This document shows positions 47,149 to 56,680 of a DNA stretch of 64,000 bases, one piece after another. The notes beneath the pieces are model-generated. The model was not told the DNA's origin and ran no database searches. It saw only the letters and a list, made by a program, of their open reading frames with translations. The stretch is taken from contig JBAXLJ010000003.1 in assembly GCA_037134915.1 (NCBI GenBank), positions 81,084 through 145,083 on the forward strand. The letters run 5' to 3'. Every line of letters begins with the position of its first letter. The first letter of the stretch is position 1. The stretch is from Candidatus Falkowbacteria bacterium (GTDB lineage Bacteria > Patescibacteriota > Patescibacteriia > Patescibacteriales > UBA12465). The position numbers and the translations under genes are program-made.

Positions 47149-48792
47149 CTATATTTTCTTCCCTACTTCACTTTTGGCGCGGCGGGGGTGTAACGCTGTG
47201 GCTCCAGAAATAAACAGGCCAGCACTTTTAAGCTCTCGTTGTAAGAACTCAAAAATATAAGGCCGGGATATTTCCGGTTCCAGTTGCATTTCAAGAGCCT
47301 TGATACCGACATACTCTTGGTAGAGTATTAGGCTGCGATCACCAGCTCTTTCCATTCTCTCCCAAATATCGCTTCTCATGTTGAATGAGAGGATACCGGT
47401 TTCGGGATCAAATTCCCAGTGGTGGTCATTCCCCGGCAACTCTTCGTAAACGAATTGTAAACCGGTACTTGACCCTGACACCAAACGACGTTTTTGGCCA
47501 TGAGGACCAGCTACCGTCATTACGATATCTTCTGAGGATTCTTTAGGGACCGAAGAATGACCGCCTTTTTTCTTGGAATATTTTTCCGGCGAGGAAGCCT
47601 TTTTGGATTTATGATCTTGACCCTCTTCTTTGCGCGGTACCGTGATAAAACCTTTTTTAAAGCTTTTAACTACGGCCAATAAATGCGGCAGCTCATTTTT
47701 AATGCTGGACTCCAGCATCGAAATCGCCACCGAACCAACCGCCTGCAACCACTCATCGCGTTGCGAATCCTTCATCGACACCATGGCGGGTTGGGCATAA
47801 TTTTTAGCCCATTCGTCCAAGTGGATAGCCAGATTCATTAAATGATCATCCTCTAAGAATTCTTTGCGGTTTTGATGCAAAGAACACTTATCAGAAACGA
47901 TTAAGCCCTCAAAAGTTCCCGAAGTTAGCATTTGCAGGGTTTCCGGTTTTACATAATCGGCAATTGATTTGGCAAAATCCTTAAAACCGATCCGGAACAA
48001 ATCATTCTTAATCCCGATTGATACTTCACCCTTACGACCAGAGGCCATTTTGGGGGAAATATAAATCTCGAAATAAGTTTGACCAGTAGCTAACTCGCCA
48101 TATATTACTGGCTTCATTTTTTCACCGTGAAATTCCGCGGCTTTAAAGGTCAGCTTTTCAGTTTTACCATCAGCATCCTTAATGCAAATTAATACACTCG
48201 CATTAAGTCTTTTCATGGCTTCTGAAAAACGACCCGAAATGAGGCGTTGCAATTCCACTACTGAAGCGGTTGTAATGCCGCGGTCAGTTTTAAACTCTCG
48301 GATGTTAACCTGAGTGCGCCAGTTATAGACATCCTTGTCTTTCATGGCTTTCCCTGATCTTGAGAAAATAGCTTTATTAAGTTCTGAGTGCGGAATCTCT
48401 GGCAAGTCACCATTTTTAAGAATCCGGTCCGAATTAAAAAACCATTTGTTGTATCCAGAATTTAGCCCTTTAGGAATTGAAGTAATATCAAATTCCTTAC
48501 ACTTTCCCAAAGGTGATAGCATTCCGATGCCAAACTGGCCGAGCTTATCTTTGCCTTTAAGCGAATCGCAAACTTTGCTAATCGCCTCGGAAAATTTGTC
48601 AGTGGAAATACCTTCGCCATCGTCGCGGACTTTGATGTCCCGTTTTTGATGATCAATAATAACGGCGATATCTTTGGCGTTTGAATCCAAAGAATTCTGA
48701 ACCAGTTCGAGCACTACACTCACGATTGTGGGATAGAGGTTAACAATATAACCCAGAGCTTTACCCACATGGATTCCCATTTTGTAATTCAT
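47149..48792 (-). CDS. GHKL ATPase (HATPase_c_3, MORC/MutL/Hsp90-like)
   Basis: ELVQNSLDS (N box), DDGEGI (G1), GQFGIG (G2), TQV; LHQNRKEF in an S5-like domain. Confidence 0.8.
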   Translation of the reverse strand: MNYKMGIHVGKALGYIVNLYPTIVSVVLELVQNSLDSNAKDIAVIIDHQKRDIKVRDDGEGISTDKFSEAISKVCDSLKGKDKLGQFGIGMLSPLGKCKEFDITSIPKGLNSGYNKWFFNSDRILKNGDLPEIPHSELNKAIFSRSGKAMKDKDVYNWRTQVNIREFKTDRGITTASVVELQRLISGRFSEAMKRLNASVLICIKDADGKTEKLTFKAAEFHGEKMKPVIYGELATGQTYFEIYISPKMASGRKGEVSIGIKNDLFRIGFKDFAKSIADYVKPETLQMLTSGTFEGLIVSDKCSLHQNRKEFLEDDHLMNLAIHLDEWAKNYAQPAMVSMKDSQRDEWLQAVGSVAISMLESSIKNELPHLLAVVKSFKKGFITVPRKEEGQDHKSKKASSPEKYSKKKGGHSSVPKESSEDIVMTVAGPHGQKRRLVSGSSTGLQFVYEELPGNDHHWEFDPETGILSFNMRSDIWERMERAGDRSLILYQEYVGIKALEMQLEPEISRPYIFEFLQRELKSAGLFISGATALHPRRAKSEVGKKI

Positions 48793-48805
48793 TATTCTGT
48801 TTTTT

Positions 48806-49486
48806 TTATTGGTTTAATTTTTGGTGATAATTCTCTAAGGCTTTTTCGCTGCACAAAGCACCTAATTTTTGACTGATGCGATGAAGTGCGTTAGAAGCGG
48901 CAAATAAAGGAAAGCCGATGCGATTTAAATCGTCGCGCAAAGTAAGACGATATTCTTCAGATGAAGTCGCTAAAAAATCATTCAAGACTTTTTCCAAAGA
49001 ATTAGCATTAGCCGCGGCGGTCAGAATCAGATTAAAAAATAAATTGTAATCAAAATTCATCTCATCAACGATTTTAAGTCCAGCTTCCGGTTGTTGAGTT
49101 TCGGTTTCATCGGTTTTAGCTGCCACAAATTTAGCATTCACAGCTTCAATTAGTTGCTGCGCTTTTTCTGATAACAACCTTGAGCCTCGCAAATTGCGAG
49201 TAAATGAATCTTTGCTGATTCCGGTCATCACAACATAATCTTCAATTGTCGCCCTCTCAGACAACAAGACATAGACTGTGTCACGATTCACCTTCGGTAA
49301 ATCCGAATAACCGTCAACCTTATAACCGGCGCCTTCTAAAAGGGCAGCCGCCTTAAAAAACAGCATAACGTTACCGTTGATGCCTTTTTCTTGGTAATTC
49401 CTGAGCTGCTCATTGCTAATTTGCAATATTTTAGCAGCTCTAGGTTCCTGGCGAGCATATTCCCGCAAACAATCTTTCAGTTCCAT
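48806..49486 (-). CDS. Hypothetical protein with two probable HTH segments and a helical C-terminus
   Basis: AAKILQISNEQLRNY and IEDYVVMTGISKDSFTRNLRG resemble XRE/Cro HTHs; ATG at 49486. Confidence 0.55.
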   Translation of the reverse strand: MELKDCLREYARQEPRAAKILQISNEQLRNYQEKGINGNVMLFFKAAALLEGAGYKVDGYSDLPKVNRDTVYVLLSERATIEDYVVMTGISKDSFTRNLRGSRLLSEKAQQLIEAVNAKFVAAKTDETETQQPEAGLKIVDEMNFDYNLFFNLILTAAANANSLEKVLNDFLATSSEEYRLTLRDDLNRIGFPLFAASNALHRISQKLGALCSEKALENYHQKLNQ

Positions 49487-49525
49487 ATATATAAGTATTA
49501 AATTGTTAAATAACGTGTTCACGTA

Positions 49526-49554
49526 AATATAGCATTTTATTAGATTAATGTCAA
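49526..49554 (-). promoter_or_regulatory. Sigma70 promoter for the HTH-GHKL pair
   Basis: TTGACA-17 bp-TATATT with a TGn extension. Confidence 0.7.
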
Positions 49555-49605
49555 TACAAAAAAGCCCTAATCTGGATTTGCAGGTTAGGGCTTTATTTTC
49601 AAAAG

Positions 49606-50736
49606 TTAATAAGAAAAATCATCCATTAAATCTCCGGAATAATAGAATTCATAAGCTAAAGAGCCAAAAACATAGGTATCTTGACCAATGCTGATTTGTG
49701 AGCCGCCAACTTCAGGATTAGCCTTAGGGTGAGAATTTTGGACCCCAATATTAAAGAGGGTGGCTAAAATCTCGGGGCGATCGGAAATATTATAGCCCGC
49801 CTTTTGCCACTGCGAGGTGATTTGTTTAATAATAACGCCGCCATAAAGATAAGAAAAATAGTGATTTTTTTCATCGGTCAGCCTGGCATATCTTTCGGTC
49901 ACCGGATTATTGCTACTAAAATCTAATAACTTTTCATAATTTGCTCCTAAATAGAAATCTGAGTTTTTATTTTTCAAATTTTGCTCAGCTAAAATCGCGG
50001 CCGCCTCCTTAATTGACATCACCCCCCAGGCCATCTTATTAGCACTGGCTAAAATTTTCAGGGGCTTAAAAACCCGCTCAAACAATTCTCGTTGCGTATA
50101 ATAAAGACGAAGTTGTTCCACAATCGCGACCGATAAGAGTAGGCGCGGCGAAATATTTAATTCCTGCCCTACCCGGTTCAAAGAATCTTTATCTTTAATC
50201 ACGGCTTGGCGAATAATCTGCCAAGGTTCTTCGGTTTGCCACAAAAAAACATTAGCATCTTTGGGATTACTCAAACGCTGATTTAGCCAGTCCAGACTTA
50301 TTTCCGGAGCCTTATCCTGAGAACAGAAAGATAGGCGACTGCCTAATTCCGGCTTATCTTGAAGTCTTAGTTCTAAAGCTAAAATCATTTTTTCAGCCAG
50401 TTCGTAAGACTTATTTTTTTGGTAAGCCGTTAAGATAGTTTTAGCGTTGTAATCTGCATAATCCGACAATATATATAACTTACAATAAACTTTAGCTTCA
50501 TTGATTTTAGCCACATCACGGCTGCCTGGCAAAAAAGACATAATCTGGCGACTCGCCGTTAAACTGTTTTCTAAAGAATTATAAATACCGGTATTTTCAT
50601 CCACATCACCCGCTGTTTTAGTTAAGTTAAAATATACCGCTAAAAAACCAGTTATAAGCAAAACCAAAAAGGCTAGAGCTAAGGCACTAATTATTTTTAA
50701 AACAATTATAAGAATTTTTTTAGCTACTTTACTCAT
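49606..50736 (-). CDS. Membrane-anchored protein with probable lysozyme/transglycosylase-like domain
   Basis: N-terminal TM helix; AIVEQLR, WGVMSIK and ATLFNIG resemble SLT motifs I-III. Confidence 0.5.
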   Translation of the reverse strand: MSKVAKKILIIVLKIISALALAFLVLLITGFLAVYFNLTKTAGDVDENTGIYNSLENSLTASRQIMSFLPGSRDVAKINEAKVYCKLYILSDYADYNAKTILTAYQKNKSYELAEKMILALELRLQDKPELGSRLSFCSQDKAPEISLDWLNQRLSNPKDANVFLWQTEEPWQIIRQAVIKDKDSLNRVGQELNISPRLLLSVAIVEQLRLYYTQRELFERVFKPLKILASANKMAWGVMSIKEAAAILAEQNLKNKNSDFYLGANYEKLLDFSSNNPVTERYARLTDEKNHYFSYLYGGVIIKQITSQWQKAGYNISDRPEILATLFNIGVQNSHPKANPEVGGSQISIGQDTYVFGSLAYEFYYSGDLMDDFSY

Positions 50737-50855
50737 CTTTAAATTATAGTAAAAAATTGATTTTTTAACTAATTATAAAAATCATTTTTTGTTTATCAAA
50801 AATTCAGGTGTCTTATCCTATAATTTAAGTAATCTAAATTACTTAATAAAAATCT

Positions 50856-51530
50856 ATGAAAATCTTAATCATTGAAGATGAAACTTCAATCGCTAATTTT
50901 ATTAAAGCTAGTCTAGAAAGCCAGCTTTATATTGTTGATTTAGCTTGCGAAGGCGAACGTGGCGCTTTTTTAGGTCGCACCAATAATTACGACCTAATTA
51001 TTCTAGATTATTTACTACCCAAGAAAAATGGACTTGAAGTCGTCAAGGAAATTCGTCGCGACAAAAGCACGCCGATTATTATGCTAACGGTTTGTGGCGA
51101 ATTTGATTGTAAAGCCCAAGCTTATAGTTATGGCGTGGATGATTTTTTAACTAAGCCATTTTTACTAGAAGAGTTATTTTTAAGAATTAAAGCCTTGCTG
51201 CGCCGACCGCCTAATATTGCGGCCGAAATACTACGAGTCGAAAATCTGTCAATTGATTTGAATCGGCAACTTGTTAGACGCCAGGGGCGGATAATTAATT
51301 TAACCCGAAAAGAATATGCTATTTTAGAATACTTAATGCGTCATCGCGGCGAAATAAAATCTCGAGAAACAATTATTGAAGGCGTTTGGGATATAAATTC
51401 TGATCCGTTCTCTAATACTTTAGATACCCACATCGTCAATCTGCGCCACAAACTAAAACAAAAAGATGAATGCGAATTGATTCACACTTTTCCCGGTCGT
51501 GGTTATAAGCTAGACATTCGAAAATTTTAA
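50856..51530 (+). CDS. OmpR/PhoB-family response regulator (orphan)
   Basis: KILIIEDE, LIILDYLLP, FLTKPF and wHTH LTRKE...GRGY. Confidence 0.93.
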   Translation: MKILIIEDETSIANFIKASLESQLYIVDLACEGERGAFLGRTNNYDLIILDYLLPKKNGLEVVKEIRRDKSTPIIMLTVCGEFDCKAQAYSYGVDDFLTKPFLLEELFLRIKALLRRPPNIAAEILRVENLSIDLNRQLVRRQGRIINLTRKEYAILEYLMRHRGEIKSRETIIEGVWDINSDPFSNTLDTHIVNLRHKLKQKDECELIHTFPGRGYKLDIRKF

Positions 51531-53042
51531 CATTTCTTCGATTTGGGTGCGGTTATTAGAGAGCCGCGGCACTTTATGTTGGCCGCCTAATTTATTTTTA
51601 TTAGCCAACCAATCATAAAATAGACCAGGGCGAGCGACCACAATATCTGGGGCCAGTAGCGTAAGGTCTTTATAGCGCTTCGCCTCGTAATCAGAGTTTA
51701 AACTCTTTAGCGCTTCATCTAAAGACTTATTAAAATGTGCTAAATCATCGGGCTCGTGTTCAAACTCAATCAGCCACTCGTGCCGACCTTTTTCAGTCTC
51801 GGTCATAAAAACAGGCGCCGCACTAAATTCTTTAACCAAGGCTCCAGTGCGCTCACTGGCAATCGCAATCGCTTGGTCAGCATTATCAACCATTAGCTCC
51901 TCCCCAAAAACATTGATAAAGTGCTTCGTCCGACCGGAAATTTTAAAATAATAAGGTTTTAAATTGGTAAACTGAATCGTATCGCCAATAATATAACGCC
52001 ACAAGCCACCACTGGTCGAAATTATTAAAGCGTAGTTACGATCCAACTCGACTTCAGAAATTGTGTAAGCTTGTGGCTGATCTTTTTCTAGTTCTTCGAG
52101 AGGAACAAATTCGTAAAACACTCCATAGTCCAGCATCAAGAGCATATCATCGCGGCTACTATCGCAGCCAATACCAAAAAAACCCTCGGAAGCGTTATAG
52201 ATATTAACGTAGTTCATATTGGGGCCGCAAATTTTTTTATACTGACTCTGGTAAGGACCAAAAGCCACACCGCCGTGCATAAATAATTCTAAATTAGGCC
52301 AAAGATCCCGGATACTTGAAACACCACTTTCACTAATAAGTTTGCGAAGCAGCACCAACATCCAGGACGGCACACCGGCTAAAGCAACCACGTTTTCCGA
52401 CTTTGTGGTTCTAATAATTTCTTTTAACTTTGACTCCCACTCATCCATCAAGGCGACTGGTAATTCCGGGGTGCGGCCAAATTCGGCCCAGAAAGGTAAA
52501 TTATCCATTAAAATAGCGGACAGATCACCACAATAATTATCACTATTTAATTCATCTTCACGTTTTGAACCGCCTAAACTCAAAGTCTTGCCAGTAAATA
52601 ATTTAGTTTCCGGATGTCTATCGACATAAAGCGCAATAGTATCTTTCCCTCCTTGATAATGACACTCCTCTAAAGAATCTTCGGTAACGGGAATAAATTT
52701 ACTTTTATCATTAGTTGTTCCAGAGGACTTAGCAAACCATTTAACTGTCCCCGGCCATAGCACACCTATTTCTCCCTGACGCGACCGGTCTATCCAAGGC
52801 TTTAAATCATCATATGAAGATAAAGGGACTTGCAATCTAAAAAGACGAAGTGCTGCCGCCAAATCTTTAGTAGAATTTATGTCTTTAAAATTATGAGTTT
52901 TTCCCCAATCAGTGTCGGCAGCCTTATCAACTAAATAACGGAACATTTCCGCTTGCACCTCTTCTGGATATTTTTTGAACAATTCAATGTCTGATAGACG
53001 CCGGATAAATGGAAAAGAAAGAATGGAATTAAGTAGTGACAT
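51510..53042 (-). CDS. GH3-family acyl-adenylate/amido synthetase
   Basis: FAKSSGTT..KSKFIP, YNASEGFFG, GVFYEF, GGLWRY..GD, GRTK and GGQHKVPRL. Confidence 0.9.
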   Translation of the reverse strand: MSLLNSILSFPFIRRLSDIELFKKYPEEVQAEMFRYLVDKAADTDWGKTHNFKDINSTKDLAAALRLFRLQVPLSSYDDLKPWIDRSRQGEIGVLWPGTVKWFAKSSGTTNDKSKFIPVTEDSLEECHYQGGKDTIALYVDRHPETKLFTGKTLSLGGSKREDELNSDNYCGDLSAILMDNLPFWAEFGRTPELPVALMDEWESKLKEIIRTTKSENVVALAGVPSWMLVLLRKLISESGVSSIRDLWPNLELFMHGGVAFGPYQSQYKKICGPNMNYVNIYNASEGFFGIGCDSSRDDMLLMLDYGVFYEFVPLEELEKDQPQAYTISEVELDRNYALIISTSGGLWRYIIGDTIQFTNLKPYYFKISGRTKHFINVFGEELMVDNADQAIAIASERTGALVKEFSAAPVFMTETEKGRHEWLIEFEHEPDDLAHFNKSLDEALKSLNSDYEAKRYKDLTLLAPDIVVARPGLFYDWLANKNKLGGQHKVPRLSNNRTQIEEMLKFSNV

Positions 53043-53122
53043 AGATTTAAATAATTAAAAATGCTTTATTAGCGTAGCACACTTGTCTAAATCTTAAAAT
53101 ATCCATATTATTAGAGATAACT

Positions 53123-54865
53123 ATGTCACCACTGCTTCAAGTCAACAATCTAGAGAAAGAATACGGCGGGAAAATAATTTTTTCTGGCCTCTCTTTTAGT
53201 ATTTTTGAAAAGCAAAAAATCGGTGTTATTGGGCGTAATGGTGCCGGCAAGTCGACGCTGTTCAAAATTATTTTAGGCAAAGAAACGGCGGACAAAGGTG
53301 AAATAATTATCGGCCGTGAAACGATTATCGGCAGCATTGAACAAGAAAGTGATTTTTTACCTCAGGAGTTAGCGATTGATTACTTAAAACGCAAGAGTGG
53401 TCAAGAAGATTGGCAATGTCAAAAAATTGCCAGCCAGTTTAGATTCGACAGCGAACAGTTAAATAAAACCGCCGCCGAACTCTCTGGCGGCTGGCAAATG
53501 CGTTTAAAACTTTCCGCTATGTTACTACTGGAACCGACTCTCTTTTTGCTCGATGAGCCGACCAACTATTTAGACCTAGGAACCATTCTTTTGCTTGAGG
53601 ATTTTTTAAAAAGCTACCGCGGTGCTTTTTTAATTATTTCTCATGACCGCGAATTTTTAAAAAATACCTGCACCGAAACTATTGAAATTACTTCTCACCG
53701 CTGTATTTCTTTTCCTCAAGGCATTGAGGCTTACTTAGCCTTTAAAGAACAACGGCTAACTAGTGATCAAAATCTTAATAAGAAAATTGACCGCGAACAA
53801 AAACACTTACAGAAATTTGTAGATCGTTTTCGCTATAAAGATTCCAAAGCGAAACAAGCCCAGGCTTTTATCAAAAAGATTGACCGCATGGAGATCCATA
53901 AAATAAGCATTGAACATAATTCCAGTTCCGTGAGAATCACCATGCCGCTGGTTGAAAAATTAAAAAAGACGATTTTAAATGTGGATAATTTAAGCATCGG
54001 CTATAATGGCAAAAGCATCGTCAGTGATTTGGATTTTATTGTTAAAGGCGGTGAAAGAATTATTGTCGTCGGTGATAATGGCCAAGGTAAAACTACTTTA
54101 CTTAGAACCTTAACTGAAGAGATTATGCCGATATCTGGAGGCTTTTCTTGGTTTACGGGTTTAAAAAAGGGTTACTACGGGCAGCAATCGACTTTGATTT
54201 TAAACCAAGACGAACAGGTGGGCGAATATTTAAGACGACTCGCGAGCAGTGACTTAAAAACTGAAAAAGTCTTACAAATGGCCGGCGATTTTCTATTTCG
54301 CGACGAAGATCTAAAAAAATCTTTAGGCGTTTTAAGCGGCGGTGAAAAATCACGTCTAGTTTTAGCCGGGCTACTTCTTAGCAAACCAGACATTTTAATC
54401 CTTGATGAACCGAGTAATCATTTAGACTTTGAGACGGTTGAATCTCTGGGTTCAGCTTTGCAAGATTACAACGGCGTGTTGTTATTTACCAGCCATGATC
54501 GCACCTTTGCTAATTTAGTGGCCACGGGAATTATTGAAGTAAACAATGGCAAGTCTAAGCGTTACTATCATGGTTATGAAGATTATATCAACCAGTTAGA
54601 AAAAAGATTAGCGATCAGTTCCCTGTTAAAAGATTTTGTACAAACTGATAAACCAAAGCCAATATATCACGAGAACAAGGAAAGACAGAAAAAATTAAAG
54701 AGTTTGGAAAATAAGTTGCTTAAATTACAAGCCGAACGCGCCGCCATTTTCCAACATTTTACTGATAATCCTATTAATTATGATAATAAAAAAATAGCCG
54801 AACTCGAAGATATTAAACAAAAAATTGAGGAGGCCGAGGCTAGTTGGTTGGAGCTAGCGGAATAA
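53123..54865 (+). CDS. ABC-F family ribosome-associated ATPase
   Basis: Two NBDs (GRNGAGKS, LSGG, LDEPTN; GDNGQGKT, LSGGEK, LDEPSN), no TM segments, coiled-coil tail. Confidence 0.93.
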   Translation: MSPLLQVNNLEKEYGGKIIFSGLSFSIFEKQKIGVIGRNGAGKSTLFKIILGKETADKGEIIIGRETIIGSIEQESDFLPQELAIDYLKRKSGQEDWQCQKIASQFRFDSEQLNKTAAELSGGWQMRLKLSAMLLLEPTLFLLDEPTNYLDLGTILLLEDFLKSYRGAFLIISHDREFLKNTCTETIEITSHRCISFPQGIEAYLAFKEQRLTSDQNLNKKIDREQKHLQKFVDRFRYKDSKAKQAQAFIKKIDRMEIHKISIEHNSSSVRITMPLVEKLKKTILNVDNLSIGYNGKSIVSDLDFIVKGGERIIVVGDNGQGKTTLLRTLTEEIMPISGGFSWFTGLKKGYYGQQSTLILNQDEQVGEYLRRLASSDLKTEKVLQMAGDFLFRDEDLKKSLGVLSGGEKSRLVLAGLLLSKPDILILDEPSNHLDFETVESLGSALQDYNGVLLFTSHDRTFANLVATGIIEVNNGKSKRYYHGYEDYINQLEKRLAISSLLKDFVQTDKPKPIYHENKERQKKLKSLENKLLKLQAERAAIFQHFTDNPINYDNKKIAELEDIKQKIEEAEASWLELAE

Positions 54866-54878
54866 AAAAGACTCTATT

Positions 54879-56066
54879 TTATTTAGAGTCTTTTTTAAAA
54901 AATTTTTTATTCTTTAATTCTTTAGGCAGATACTCCTGGCCACTTGAATCTTCTAGTGGCGTGTATTTATAACCTTTACCATAGTTTAAATCTTTCATCA
55001 GTTTAGTTGGGGCGTTTCTAATATGTAGCGGTACCGGTAAGTTGCCGCTTTTAGCAATTTCGGCTTTAACTAATTCATAAGCCTGATAGGCTGCAATATT
55101 TTTAGTTGATTTAGCCAGATAAGCCACACAATGAGCCAAAGTTACGCCGCATTCCGGTAAACCGATTTTGTGGCAGGCGTCATAAGTGGCATTAGCCAGG
55201 AGCAACGCCGAATTATTGGCTAGACCGATATCCTCAGAGGCAAAACGAATTAAACGGCGAGCGATATATAACGGATCTTCGCCAGCTTCAAGCATCCGCA
55301 CCATCCAATAAATAGCCGCGTTAGCATCCCCGCCCCGCATCGATTTATGCAGGGCGGAAATAATATTATAATGTTCCTCGCCATTTTTGTCATAAAGCAA
55401 ATTAGGTTTATTAATTATTTGCTTAACTAATTCAAGGGTAATGGCCCGGCCGTCGGCACCAGCGCTTTCTAAAATATTTAAAGCTTTCCTAGCGTCGCCG
55501 TTAGCCACGCGAGCGATAAAATTCCAAACCTCTTTCTTAGCCTTAAAGCCCAAAAACTTAGCCGCTCGGCTAACGACTAAACTTAAATTAACTTCTGATA
55601 AGGCTTCTAAAACCACGACTTTAACTCGAGACAGTAAAGCGCCGTTAACAGCAAAACTAGGATTTTCGGTGGTGGCGCCAATTAAAGTGATGGTTCCATT
55701 TTCCACTTGCGGTAGCAGGGCATCTTGCTGAGCTTTATTCCAACGATGAATTTCATCAATAAATAAAATTGTTTTAGTGCCTAAGCGTTTGGACTGACGC
55801 GCTCGCTCCACAATTGAGACTAAATCTTTTTTGCCGCTTTCTGTGGCCGAAATTTGAATAAACTCCGCTTTAGTTTCTTTAGCAATAATAAGAGCCAGGG
55901 TCGTCTTACCGCTACCTGGCGGACCCCAGAATAAAAGAGATGGCACCTGGTCACTATAAATAGCTTTATAAAGCCAAGACTCTGGGCCGATAATTTGTTC
56001 CTGACCGACAAAATCCGCCAAAGTCTTAGGGCGGAAAAAAGCAGCCAAAGGTAAGTTATTTTCCAT
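54879..56066 (-). CDS. rarA: Replication-associated recombination protein A
   Basis: PLA..RP, WGPPGSGKT, FIDEIHR, ATTENP, SALHKSMRG and ASEDIG. Confidence 0.96.
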   Translation of the reverse strand: MENNLPLAAFFRPKTLADFVGQEQIIGPESWLYKAIYSDQVPSLLFWGPPGSGKTTLALIIAKETKAEFIQISATESGKKDLVSIVERARQSKRLGTKTILFIDEIHRWNKAQQDALLPQVENGTITLIGATTENPSFAVNGALLSRVKVVVLEALSEVNLSLVVSRAAKFLGFKAKKEVWNFIARVANGDARKALNILESAGADGRAITLELVKQIINKPNLLYDKNGEEHYNIISALHKSMRGGDANAAIYWMVRMLEAGEDPLYIARRLIRFASEDIGLANNSALLLANATYDACHKIGLPECGVTLAHCVAYLAKSTKNIAAYQAYELVKAEIAKSGNLPVPLHIRNAPTKLMKDLNYGKGYKYTPLEDSSGQEYLPKELKNKKFFKKDSK

Positions 56067-56113
56067 ATAAATATTCTATAACTTTCCTTATAATTTGTAT
56101 ATAAATAGGTTTT

Positions 56114-56578
56114 TTACCACCTTTTAATTGGGTGGTTTTTTCGATGCCTCGCAACTCTGGCAATCGTTGGGATTAGTGAAATTAAAAACAAGAAAAACAA
56201 AACTGGCAGCGCCCAGATTAAAATCCGATCACGACCCAGCAGCATTAAACCGCCGACCACTTGTAAAGAAAAGAAAAAGGCTAAAGATAATTCCTTAGCT
56301 TTATGCCATTGCTCTTTAAGCGCAGCACTTTCTTGATGATTGATCTTAAAGTAAGGAAAAAAGAGAAACATCATATAGACCGCTGCTAAAGCCATTGGCC
56401 AGAGGTAAGCTAACATAGTCCAGGAAATAGACTGATCAGGCTCACCAGCTTCCGTCCAGCTTAAAATTAAATCGTGCGGCAAATAAGAACTGAAGTAAAA
56501 AGCGGCCAAGAGTGATAACATAATTGTTAAAATGGGAAACCACTCAGTTTTGAAATTTGGTTCTGTCGGATTTTTCAT
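56114..56578 (-). CDS. DUF1648/SdpI-like membrane protein
   Basis: LP...SW...GEPD motif and four hydrophobic segments; ATG at 56578. Confidence 0.6.
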   Translation of the reverse strand: MKNPTEPNFKTEWFPILTIMLSLLAAFYFSSYLPHDLILSWTEAGEPDQSISWTMLAYLWPMALAAVYMMFLFFPYFKINHQESAALKEQWHKAKELSLAFFFSLQVVGGLMLLGRDRILIWALPVLFFLFLISLIPTIARVARHRKNHPIKRW

Positions 56579-56680
56579 AAATTTAATAAATTTATTATAT
56601 ATTGCCTTATTTAAGATTATCAATTATCTCTTAATTTGTAAATTAAATATTTTAAAAAAGGCCGTTAGTTCTAACGGCCT

